Below are positions 19,554 through 28,009 of a stretch of DNA of 64,000 nucleotides, piece after piece. The stretch lies in the NCBI GenBank assembly GCA_041690295.1, contig JAWLHR010000001.1, positions 128,001 to 192,000 on the forward strand, in the 5' to 3' direction. The position numbers and the translations under genes were made by a program. This DNA comes from Bdellovibrionales bacterium. GTDB lineage: Bacteria > Bdellovibrionota > Bdellovibrionia > Bdellovibrionales > UBA1609. The notes under the pieces were generated by a model, which made no database searches, was not told the origin of the DNA, and saw nothing but the letters and a program-made list of their open reading frames with translations. The first letter of the stretch is position 1. Every line of letters begins with the position of its first letter.

Positions 19554-20566
19554 ACCGGAAATTAAATGTCGGCGTGGTCGGAGCCACCGGGTTGGTCGGT
19601 GAGCTGTTTCTTAACCTTCTTGAAGAAAGAAAGTTTCCCCTCGGTGAATTAAGATTATTCGCCAGTGATCGGTCCAAAGGACAAACCCGGACCTGCATGG
19701 GACGAAGTTTCACGGTTGAAACTCCAGCGGCCGAACGGTTCAGCGGTTTGGACGTGGTTTTCTTCTCATCCGGTGACGATGTTTCGCGGGAATGGGGACC
19801 GATCGCGGTGAAAGCCGGCTGCGTTGTGATCGACAACTCCGCGGCCTTCCGGATGGACCCGGACAAGATCCTGGCGGTTCCCGAAGTGAACGGTCATCTA
19901 CTGCCTAAAAAGAAAGAACCTATTTTAATCGCCAATCCCAATTGCTCCACCATTCAACTGGTGTGCGCGCTCAAACCGCTTCATGACGATTTTGGTTTGG
20001 AATCGGTTCATGTGGCCACCTATCAAGCCGTGAGCGGCGCGGGAAAAGCCGCGCAGGAAGAACTTCGGGAGCAAATGACGGCCTGGGCGCAGAACAAATC
20101 CGAGCCCAATCCCCAAGCTTTTCCCCATCCCATTCATATGAATTGCATTCCGCAAATCGGCTCGTTCAGCGCCGATGGATTTTGCTCCGAAGAAATAAAA
20201 ATTATCCGCGAAACAAAAAAAATTTTGGGCAACAACACGCTGCGAGTCAGCGCGTTCACAACCCGTGTGCCGGTTTGGAATACCCACTCCGAGGCGGTGT
20301 GGGTGCGATTAAAACGACCCGTGGAGAAGGCGGAACTGATCGCCTCTTTACGTCGCCAACATGGTTTAATTGTCGAAGATGAGGATTATCCCACACCAAG
20401 GTGTTATGACGGGCGCGATCCGGTGGCGGTCGGTCGAATTCATCGCGACCTGGACGACCCCCAAACTTGGATCTTTTGGGTGGTCGGCGATAACTTACGC
20501 AAAGGCGCCGCTTTAAACGGCATTCAGATCGCGGAGAGGATTTTTGACATCCCGGCCCCTGCATGA
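19550..20566 (+). CDS. asd: Aspartate-semialdehyde dehydrogenase
   Basis: GATGLVG, NPNCST, QAVSGAG, DNLRKGAALN. Confidence 0.96.
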   Translation: MNRKLNVGVVGATGLVGELFLNLLEERKFPLGELRLFASDRSKGQTRTCMGRSFTVETPAAERFSGLDVVFFSSGDDVSREWGPIAVKAGCVVIDNSAAFRMDPDKILAVPEVNGHLLPKKKEPILIANPNCSTIQLVCALKPLHDDFGLESVHVATYQAVSGAGKAAQEELREQMTAWAQNKSEPNPQAFPHPIHMNCIPQIGSFSADGFCSEEIKIIRETKKILGNNTLRVSAFTTRVPVWNTHSEAVWVRLKRPVEKAELIASLRRQHGLIVEDEDYPTPRCYDGRDPVAVGRIHRDLDDPQTWIFWVVGDNLRKGAALNGIQIAERIFDIPAPA

Positions 20567-20578
20567 TGTCATGAAGGA

Positions 20579-21907
20579 ATGAGGCTGTCCTTATTCTTGG
20601 TTTGCCTGATTGGTTGGCCCGCTTTCGCGGCTTTGCCGATCACCGGCGCGACCGGCGTATCAAATATCGATCTCACCACCACCCCCGTCACCATTTATGG
20701 CGGCATGGCTGGCGAATGCACGGCCACCAGCAACACCAGCACCTGTGACAGTTGCACCCTGGACGCGATGGCACTGGATGTGGCCTGCGCCTTCGCGGCC
20801 GAGGGCCTATGCGCCTGTAATAAAGCTCGAATTCACGACGGTCTTATTTTTCGCATCAATGTGACCAAACCCTCGACCGTCACGGGCAATGCCAAATTAA
20901 TCGTGGGCGCCAATAGCACGATCGTAACTCCCAACATCGAGGACAATAACGGGAATTACTTCCAGGCCACTTGGGGAAATTTGTGCTCGGCGTTCGGTTC
21001 CGCATCCTGCGCCGCCGTGACCACCGTCATTAACGGACGTCTTTTCATCGATGCGGATAATGATAACAGCCTCGACAGCGGTGAAGAATACACCGACGTC
21101 AACTTCCGCATTTTAAAACCGGACTCGGCCGAGTGGAGTGTCTACGGTTCCGGCACGAACACCGTCGGGTATTCCAGCTTCACACCGTTTCCCGGCGACG
21201 AAAAAGTTTATATTACGGATCCAGTGGCTTCGTCCGACATTCCCAATCTCACCGGTTATGGCGGGGTGGCCACTCACCTGAGGGTTTTTTATTCCAAGGA
21301 AGGTATGGAGCAGGCCAATGCGCTCGCGCAATTCAAAGACCTGCCCATTTCCAAAGACGGTAACCACATCGAGAACAATTCCGTTCGTGGACTGGAAAAC
21401 GGTGTCACCTACGTTTTCCGCATCGCCATGGTGGATAACGCCGGTAATATCGTTCAGTTCTATCCGGACAACGCCCTCGACCCGGCCTGCCAGACAACCC
21501 AAGCCCCTGACTTCAACGGCTGCACATTCTCCGCCACCCCCGAAGAGGTGCTCGGACTTTTACAAGACGACTTCAACTGTTTCGTGGCCACCGCCGCTTA
21601 CGGCAGCTGGTTGGAACCGAAAATTCAGGTTTTCCGAAAATTTCGGAACACGATTTTGCTCCCTCGGGCCTGGGGACGAAGTTTAATTTTCCAATACTAC
21701 AAGTACGGCCCCTATCTGTCCCGCTGGATCCATGACAAACCCATGGCCAAGACGATCGTGCGAGCGGCGCTTTACCCGGCCTATTTAATGAGTCACTTCG
21801 CCCTGCGCTTTGGAATCGTCCCCGCGATTTTGCTCTCTCTCACTGTCCTCACAACATCAGTTTTTCTTCTTGGATTCGGATGGAGGAGAGCGTTTGGCCG
21901 CGCTTAG
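20579..21907 (+). CDS. Cys-rich surface protein with FN3-like segment and CFI-box-CTERM domain
   Basis: Signal peptide; GLENGVTYVFRIAMVDNAGN; CFVATAAYGS..FRN..GR..YYKYGP, then TM and basic tail. Confidence 0.8.
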   Translation: MRLSLFLVCLIGWPAFAALPITGATGVSNIDLTTTPVTIYGGMAGECTATSNTSTCDSCTLDAMALDVACAFAAEGLCACNKARIHDGLIFRINVTKPSTVTGNAKLIVGANSTIVTPNIEDNNGNYFQATWGNLCSAFGSASCAAVTTVINGRLFIDADNDNSLDSGEEYTDVNFRILKPDSAEWSVYGSGTNTVGYSSFTPFPGDEKVYITDPVASSDIPNLTGYGGVATHLRVFYSKEGMEQANALAQFKDLPISKDGNHIENNSVRGLENGVTYVFRIAMVDNAGNIVQFYPDNALDPACQTTQAPDFNGCTFSATPEEVLGLLQDDFNCFVATAAYGSWLEPKIQVFRKFRNTILLPRAWGRSLIFQYYKYGPYLSRWIHDKPMAKTIVRAALYPAYLMSHFALRFGIVPAILLSLTVLTTSVFLLGFGWRRAFGRA

Positions 21908-22859
21908 ACATTTAATCATCGCATTCCTCTTGTTATCGACAGCCCGGGCTTATTCCCAGTTGGACGGAACCTTACCTCCGCCGCCGGCTCCCGAAAGTGA
22001 GTTGGAGGCGGACGAAGAAGATGATTTTTCCGGTCCCGAATCCGTTCCTGAAGAGGCGCCTGAAATTTTCGCCGAACCGACACCGCAGGAGCCGCCGCCC
22101 GCGACATACGGTAGCGATGGCGGCGTCATCTTTGATTGGTCCAAACATCAAAACGCCCGTGAAGTTCCTCACCCGTTCGCGGAAAAAGGATTGCAAAGAA
22201 TCACCAAGGACCGCACTTACATTTACCGGGTCAAAGAATCCGAACAACGATCCGCCGCTTCGTTTCGCTTCGGTCCCTATGAGCCGGTGGATTTGGAAGC
22301 CAAGGGAAAAGACGGTGAAATCGTTCGCTTCGTCGATAACTATGACCAAACCGAAAATCCCGGTATTCTCTTCGATTGGGAGTGGTTGTTATGGAATTCG
22401 CCCATCGGCAAATTCGGTTATTCACTGGGCTTGGGCGTTTATGTGGCCCAAGGACACGGACGATTCGTCGGTGATAAAAACGCGGCGGATGGATTGGTTC
22501 CGCTGGAGATTTTCACTCTCGGCGTGGTCCCCGTGAATGTGGGCGCCGTTTACCGGATGCAGATTTGGCATCGGCAACTTCTCGTGCCGTACGCCAGCGG
22601 TGGCGGCACGGTTTTCGGTTTCACTGAATTTCGTGATGATGATAAGCCGCCCAAATTCGGCGGCGCTTTAGGCGCTTATTATGCCGGCGGCTTGGCCTTC
22701 AATCTGACCTACTTCGACGCGATCTCGCGTATTCAGCTCGATCACGAATACGGGATCAACGCGGTATACCTGACGGCCGAGTATCGCGGCCTTATCGGCT
22801 TGTCCAATTTCGATTTTTCCTCTGACTGGATCAACGCCGGTTTCTTGATGGAGTTTTAA
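21894..22859 (+). CDS. Outer-membrane beta-barrel protein
   Basis: GGAGG then TTG 21894; signal peptide; acidic/Pro linker; amphipathic strands; C-terminal GFLMEF beta-signal. Confidence 0.75.
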   Translation: MAALRHLIIAFLLLSTARAYSQLDGTLPPPPAPESELEADEEDDFSGPESVPEEAPEIFAEPTPQEPPPATYGSDGGVIFDWSKHQNAREVPHPFAEKGLQRITKDRTYIYRVKESEQRSAASFRFGPYEPVDLEAKGKDGEIVRFVDNYDQTENPGILFDWEWLLWNSPIGKFGYSLGLGVYVAQGHGRFVGDKNAADGLVPLEIFTLGVVPVNVGAVYRMQIWHRQLLVPYASGGGTVFGFTEFRDDDKPPKFGGALGAYYAGGLAFNLTYFDAISRIQLDHEYGINAVYLTAEYRGLIGLSNFDFSSDWINAGFLMEF

Positions 22860-22869
22860 AAACGCAGAA

Positions 22870-23643
22870 ATGCGCATTATCAAACTGCTGATTTCCTACG
22901 ATGGAACCGCTTTTCAAGGCTGGCAGAAACAGCCGGGCGTGACCACGGTGCAGGGAACCATCGAATCCGCTCTTTCTCAAATTTACAACGAACCCATTCG
23001 AATCGTCGGCTCCGGCCGCACGGATGCAGGCACCCACGCGGTCGGCCAAGTGGCCCATTTCGCGCCGCCCAAAGTTCTCAATGCCGAGCCCCGACTGGTT
23101 CGGGCACTCAACTCACTTCTGCCCGAAACCGCTGTTATCAAAGGCGCCTGGGAAGCGCCGCCGGAGTTCCATGCGCGAAAAAGCGCGATTCGAAAGACGT
23201 ACATTTACCGGATCTGGAACCACCCTATCCGCTCAGCCCTGTGGCACCATCGGGCACTCTGGGTGCCGGCGCCCTTGGATCTGAAACGGCTGAACCTGCT
23301 CTCCTCGGTGATCAAGGGCAGAAAAGATTTCAAAAGCTTTCAAACCCAGGGAACTGTTGTGAAATCCACGATTCGCCGAATCGACCAATGCGTCTGGCGG
23401 CAACGTGCCCCGGGGCTTATAGAGTTCGTGATCACGGGGAACGGGTTCCTTAAGCAAATGGTGCGAAATCTGGTCGGCACCTTACTTTACCTGGAGCGTA
23501 ATCAGCTGCAACCAACCGATTTGCTGGACATTTTCGAGGCACGGGACCGGCAGGCGGCCAAGGCCACGGCGGCGGCCCATGGACTCTATCTTTACCGGGT
23601 CCAATACCCCCTAACCCTTGACAATAAGTGCCGAAAACTCTAG
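22870..23643 (+). CDS. truA: tRNA pseudouridine(38-40) synthase
   Basis: YDGTAFQGWQ, GRTDAGTHA, GFLKQMVR. Confidence 0.96.
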   Translation: MRIIKLLISYDGTAFQGWQKQPGVTTVQGTIESALSQIYNEPIRIVGSGRTDAGTHAVGQVAHFAPPKVLNAEPRLVRALNSLLPETAVIKGAWEAPPEFHARKSAIRKTYIYRIWNHPIRSALWHHRALWVPAPLDLKRLNLLSSVIKGRKDFKSFQTQGTVVKSTIRRIDQCVWRQRAPGLIEFVITGNGFLKQMVRNLVGTLLYLERNQLQPTDLLDIFEARDRQAAKATAAAHGLYLYRVQYPLTLDNKCRKL

Positions 23644-23646
23644 ATA
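23618..23646 (+). promoter_or_regulatory. Sigma70-type promoter of rplM-rpsI
   Basis: TTGACA-N17-TAGATA about 40 nt upstream of rplM ATG. Confidence 0.6.
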
Positions 23647-23686
23647 TTCCAGTTCGCTAAAACGCCAGCAAACAAGGATTTACGTT

Positions 23687-24124
23687 ATGAAAACCTGGAG
23701 CGCAAAGCCGGGCGAAGTTGAAGCCAAATGGTATCTGGTCGATGCCACGGGAAAAACATTGGGTCGTATGGCGACTGAAATCGCCAACATCATCCGCGGA
23801 AAAAACAAACCCACCTTCACTCCGCACGAAGACACCGGTGATTTCGTGGTGGTGATTAACTCCGAAAAAGTCGAGATGACCGGAAACAAATGGCAAGATG
23901 AGAAATTCTACCGGCGCTCACGTTACTTTGGATCATTGAAAGAGCTTTCCGCCGCTCAAGTGCGGGAAAAAGATCCCACAATGATCATTCGTGAAGCGGT
24001 CGCGGGCATGTTGCCGAAAAACAAATTATCAAAACGACTGATTACGAAACTCAAAGCCTATGCGGGACCCAATCATCCTCATGGAGCGCAAAAACCTCAA
24101 ATGTTGAACCTGGGAGATAAGTAA
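23687..24124 (+). CDS. rplM: 50S ribosomal protein L13
   Basis: [35 protein letters not shown]. Confidence 0.98.
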   Translation: MKTWSAKPGEVEAKWYLVDATGKTLGRMATEIANIIRGKNKPTFTPHEDTGDFVVVINSEKVEMTGNKWQDEKFYRRSRYFGSLKELSAAQVREKDPTMIIREAVAGMLPKNKLSKRLITKLKAYAGPNHPHGAQKPQMLNLGDK

Positions 24125-24125
24125 G

Positions 24126-24533
24126 ATGGCCAAGACCACCCAAAAGGAACAGTACTTCTATGCGACCGGTCGCCGCAAAACCAGTTCCGCCCGCGTGTTC
24201 TTAAAAAGCGGTAGCGGTAAAGTTACGATTAACGGTGAGCCCGTGGAAAAATATTTGCCGACGGCCACCGCGAGAACGGTTGTTCTTTCTCCATTGGTGA
24301 TCACGGACACAAAAAACATGTATGACGCCCGCGTGACCGTCGCCGGCGGCGGCGTGACCGGACAATCCGAAGCCATCCGCCACGGAATGTCCCGCGCGTT
24401 GATCGCGGCCAATCCGGATCTGCGCCCCGTCCTGAAAAAAGCCGGGATGCTGACTCGCGACTCCCGTATGGTGGAACGTAAGAAGTACGGTAAGCACGGC
24501 GCTCGCCGCAGCACTCAGTTCTCCAAACGTTAA
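24126..24533 (+). CDS. rpsI: 30S ribosomal protein S9
   Basis: TGRRKTS, GGGVTGQ, ERKKYG, QFSKR. Confidence 0.98.
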   Translation: MAKTTQKEQYFYATGRRKTSSARVFLKSGSGKVTINGEPVEKYLPTATARTVVLSPLVITDTKNMYDARVTVAGGGVTGQSEAIRHGMSRALIAANPDLRPVLKKAGMLTRDSRMVERKKYGKHGARRSTQFSKR

Positions 24534-24560
24534 TCGGAACCAACCAAGTTATTGGGTACA

Positions 24561-24590
24561 AAAAAAGCCGCTCTTTGAAGCGGCTTTTTT
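24561..24590. terminator. Bidirectional intrinsic terminator
   Basis: AAAAAAGCCGCT-ctttga-AGCGGCTTTTTT perfect hairpin between convergent rpsI and M23 genes. Confidence 0.9.
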
Positions 24591-24617
24591 ATTGGTCGAA
24601 TCTCATTAGAACAGTCT

Positions 24618-25628
24618 TTATTCCGTTAGAATATAGTTCATGGGATCGACCGCGATCCCGTGGATGCGAACTTCATAGTGAAGGTGAGGTCCGGTGGAAC
24701 GGCCGGTGCTACCCACGGCGGAGATCACATCCCAGCGACGGACTTTCTGTCCCTGTTCAACGAAGACCCGTGAATTGTGACCGAAACGAGTGATCACACC
24801 ATAACCATGGTCGATGGACACCAGTTTGCCGTAACCGCCTTCATAACCCACGTAAGAAACCACACCGTCCGCCGGCGCGTAGACCGGCGTGCCTGAGGGC
24901 GCCGCCAAATCAATCCCCGCGTGCAATTCAGGACGGTTGGTGAACGGGTCCACACGATAACCGAAACGCGAAGTGTACCAACCACGCGTGGGTTTGATGG
25001 ACGGCGTGGAGAGCAAGAGGCTCTGGCGCTCGGAGAGCGAATCCCAAAGTTGCAGCACACCTTGCTCCCGCAGCTGCGAGGCTTTCAAAGCGCGGTCAAT
25101 GCGAACGGAAAGCGTGGAGAAATCGCGATTGGTGTCACGGGAAACGGCCAGCTCGCCCGACTTTTCTTCCGCCTCGGGCGTCTCAAGCAGCCGCGGTTCG
25201 CGAATCATGAATTCACTGGAAGGCAGGCGAGTCACCGTCGGCGGACCCGTGATGTCCAATGCGGCTCCCGAGCGGGAAGCCGGGCTGAGCGCCAGTTTCA
25301 AAACCCGCTCTTCATCTTCGATGTTGGTGATCAAGTTCAGTTTTTTGGTGAAGTTTTGAATTCGATCCAAACTGGATTCCAAGACACCCAGTTTTTCTTC
25401 AGCTTCTTGGAACTGCTTTTTCAAAATCGTGTTTTCGGCCCGGAGAATTCGATTTTCATTGGCCTTCATTAATAGGCCCACATAATCCAACGCGGCCGAG
25501 GCACACAAAAGGACGAGGCAAAATCCCAGAAACGCGAGACCTTTGAGCCAACTGGCCCGTATCGATAGTTTTATGGTTTCGCCATGCCGATTGCTAGCGA
25601 TCAGAATGGTGTAGCTTTTATTCTCCAT
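24618..25628 (-). CDS. M23 family peptidoglycan endopeptidase with TM and coiled coil
   Basis: HAGID and GPHLHYE Zn motifs; N-terminal TM and coiled coil. Confidence 0.93.
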   Translation of the reverse strand: MENKSYTILIASNRHGETIKLSIRASWLKGLAFLGFCLVLLCASAALDYVGLLMKANENRILRAENTILKKQFQEAEEKLGVLESSLDRIQNFTKKLNLITNIEDEERVLKLALSPASRSGAALDITGPPTVTRLPSSEFMIREPRLLETPEAEEKSGELAVSRDTNRDFSTLSVRIDRALKASQLREQGVLQLWDSLSERQSLLLSTPSIKPTRGWYTSRFGYRVDPFTNRPELHAGIDLAAPSGTPVYAPADGVVSYVGYEGGYGKLVSIDHGYGVITRFGHNSRVFVEQGQKVRRWDVISAVGSTGRSTGPHLHYEVRIHGIAVDPMNYILTE

Positions 25629-25684
25629 GACCCCTCAACCATATGACCCGAAAAGGCCAATTTAGGGTGCATTAGCTGAATGCG

Positions 25685-26419
25685 TCAACCGCCAACTTTA
25701 GGACGGATCACCATGGCCGATATATTGTCATCGCCGCCCGCCGCCTTAGCTTCTTTGATGCACTTGGTAACTAACTCGTCAGGGCTCGTGTGTTGAAAGA
25801 TCTCGACCAGTTTCTCCGGGCTGACCATGCTGCTGAGGCCGTCGGAGCAAAGCAAGTAGAGTTCGTTTGGACGCGGCTCGCGTTCAAGAACATCCACCAT
25901 AACGTCCCGTTCAAATCCGACACTGCGGGTGATCACGTTTCGCCCGACCACATGGGGCGCTTCGTCCTCGGAGATCACCCCGGCGCGAACCTGCTCATTG
26001 ATCAACGAGTGATCCTCGGTCAGTTGCCACAGGTGGGGCGCGACGTAGAGATAGGCCCGGGAGTCCCCCACATTGCCGATAAAAATCCGGTTTTGGACCG
26101 CCCAAAACAAGACCATTGTCGTGCCCATGCCCATGAGTTCCGGCTGTTCGAACGTACTCTTGTAGTGAATCCGGCTGCTCGCTTCCCGGTAGGCATCGGC
26201 CAAAGCTTTTCGCGGAGAAAGTTTACTCTCGGCCATACGTCGGGAAATGATCTCCTGCACGGTTTCCACGGCCAACGCCGACGCGACCTCTCCGCCTTTA
26301 TGGCCGCCCATTCCGTCGGCCACAATAAAAAGGTTCTTATCGTGATCCACCAAAATGGCGTCCTGATTGATCTCCCTTTTTAAACCGACATCCGTCTGAG
26401 CCCATACATCGAAGCGCAT
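25685..26419 (-). CDS. PP2C/Stp1-type Ser/Thr phosphatase
   Basis: NQD, VADGMGG, NVGDSR, LLCSDGL, GGDDNIS. Confidence 0.95.
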   Translation of the reverse strand: MRFDVWAQTDVGLKREINQDAILVDHDKNLFIVADGMGGHKGGEVASALAVETVQEIISRRMAESKLSPRKALADAYREASSRIHYKSTFEQPELMGMGTTMVLFWAVQNRIFIGNVGDSRAYLYVAPHLWQLTEDHSLINEQVRAGVISEDEAPHVVGRNVITRSVGFERDVMVDVLEREPRPNELYLLCSDGLSSMVSPEKLVEIFQHTSPDELVTKCIKEAKAAGGDDNISAMVIRPKVGG

Positions 26420-26445
26420 GGGATTAAGTTTACCGAGTGAACGCC

Positions 26446-26473
26446 TTAAGCGCCAACTCCAAACTGCCGATTC
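26446..26473 (+). promoter_or_regulatory. Putative sigma28 (FliA)-type promoter
   Basis: TTAAG-N15-GCCGATTC versus consensus TAAA-N15-GCCGATAA, 24 nt before ATG 26498. Confidence 0.6.
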
Positions 26474-26497
26474 ATTAAGGTAGCCGTCGAGGTAGAA

Positions 26498-27409
26498 ATG
26501 ACCTTTAAAAAGCCAATGAGAGCCGACATCAAATTCGTGCTCTTTTCAATGGCGTTGCACGCGCTCCTCGTGACGGTACTTCTGTTCACCGAGCCCGCTC
26601 CGATCGCTTCAAAGAGTGAGAAAATCGAATTCGAAATCGTTGAAGAACCAACGTCTGCCGACGCCACTGTCGCGGAGAAAAAGAAAACCCGGACCAAAGA
26701 CGTGCTGACCAAACAAATCGTCGAGCAGCAAGAACAGATCAACGATGAGCTGGACGAGAAAACCCGGTTTTTGAGCGCCTTTAACCAGAAGGTTTTGCAA
26801 CAGACACAGGCCCAGCGCAGCGGTGAATTCAAGAACACCGCGGGCGGTGGAAAACCGGATGAAGGACGCAAAGACGGCGACAAAAAAGCCAAATCGCTGG
26901 ATCGTTCAAAGCGCAAAAGCCGAGAAAAAGGCGAGCTGCCCGACTTGCGCGATTTAGCGCCCAAGTTCGCGCTCACGCCCGGACCGCGCGGAATGAAACC
27001 CGATAACGGAGACCCCTCGCAAACCGACGACTACCTCAAGGACGTGCAAACCGGTTTACAAACCCTGCTCAGCACCCGCGAGTTCGTGTACTACAGCTAC
27101 TACAACCGCATCAAAGAGGCCCTCCGGCACCATTGGGAACCGAACGTGCGCGAGAAGGTTAAAATCATCTACCGCCAGGGCCGCTCCATCGCGTCCGCGA
27201 AAGACCGCATCACACAGGTGTTAGTGATTCTCAATCCCCAGGGCGAGTTGATTCGGGTGGAAGTCGTGGGTAAAAGCGGTGTTGACTCACTTGACGACGC
27301 GGCCGTCGAGGCTTTTGAATCAGCGGCGCCTTTTCCCAATCCGCCCAAAGGCATGATCGAAAAGGATGGAACCATCAAAATCCGCTGGGATTTCGTGTTA
27401 GAGGCGTGA
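26498..27409 (+). CDS. TonB/TolA-family energy transducer
   Basis: TM with SMALH (SxxxH); C-terminal KSGVDSLDDAAVEAF..AAPFPNPP. Confidence 0.85.
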   Translation: MTFKKPMRADIKFVLFSMALHALLVTVLLFTEPAPIASKSEKIEFEIVEEPTSADATVAEKKKTRTKDVLTKQIVEQQEQINDELDEKTRFLSAFNQKVLQQTQAQRSGEFKNTAGGGKPDEGRKDGDKKAKSLDRSKRKSREKGELPDLRDLAPKFALTPGPRGMKPDNGDPSQTDDYLKDVQTGLQTLLSTREFVYYSYYNRIKEALRHHWEPNVREKVKIIYRQGRSIASAKDRITQVLVILNPQGELIRVEVVGKSGVDSLDDAAVEAFESAAPFPNPPKGMIEKDGTIKIRWDFVLEA

Positions 27410-27951
27410 TGATGAAGGTCCTTTTGCTTTGCGGTTACCGCTCCAGTTCCCAGATCGACGAAGTTCCCGGCTTGGCCCGTGATCCTTCGGGACAGTATCT
27501 CATTGACGGTCACATTCAAAAACTCACCCGGCTCGGATTCGAAGTGGTTTGCGTGGTCGCGGGCCCCAGCGCGGATTTACAGTTGCGCCGCTGCCCGAGG
27601 ATCGCCAATGCCGAATTGGTCTTCGACACCACGGATACGCCGAACGTGGCCTCGAACATCAAGGCCGGTCTTGAAGCCACTGAAGGGGAAGGTTGCTTCG
27701 CGATTCCCGTAGAAATTCCTCCGCCCGACCTCGAAGTGTGGCATTTTCTCCGCGAAAACTGGCGCCAACGTGGCTTTCATCACCCAGCTTGCGTTTTTCA
27801 AGTGGTGGATTCACAAGGTGCACCGCACCACTTTGGTTTTCCCCTTCTGATCACTCGCGCGGGAAACAAATTGATCCGCGAGACCGCAGACTTCCGGTCG
27901 CTGGCCGATCCACGACTTGATTATCATCGCTTAATTTGGGACCTTGGCTAG
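27406..27951 (+). CDS. Divergent MobA/MocA-like nucleotidyltransferase-fold protein
   Basis: LLLCGYRSS, SNIKAGL, IPVEIP, GFPLLI resemble degenerate NTP-transferase motifs. Confidence 0.5.
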   Translation: MMMKVLLLCGYRSSSQIDEVPGLARDPSGQYLIDGHIQKLTRLGFEVVCVVAGPSADLQLRRCPRIANAELVFDTTDTPNVASNIKAGLEATEGEGCFAIPVEIPPPDLEVWHFLRENWRQRGFHHPACVFQVVDSQGAPHHFGFPLLITRAGNKLIRETADFRSLADPRLDYHRLIWDLG

Positions 27952-28009
27952 GATTAATTTCGCCGCTGGTTTTCGCTTGAAAGGCGGCGGTTTCGGGGAG
28001 TTGGCTAAA

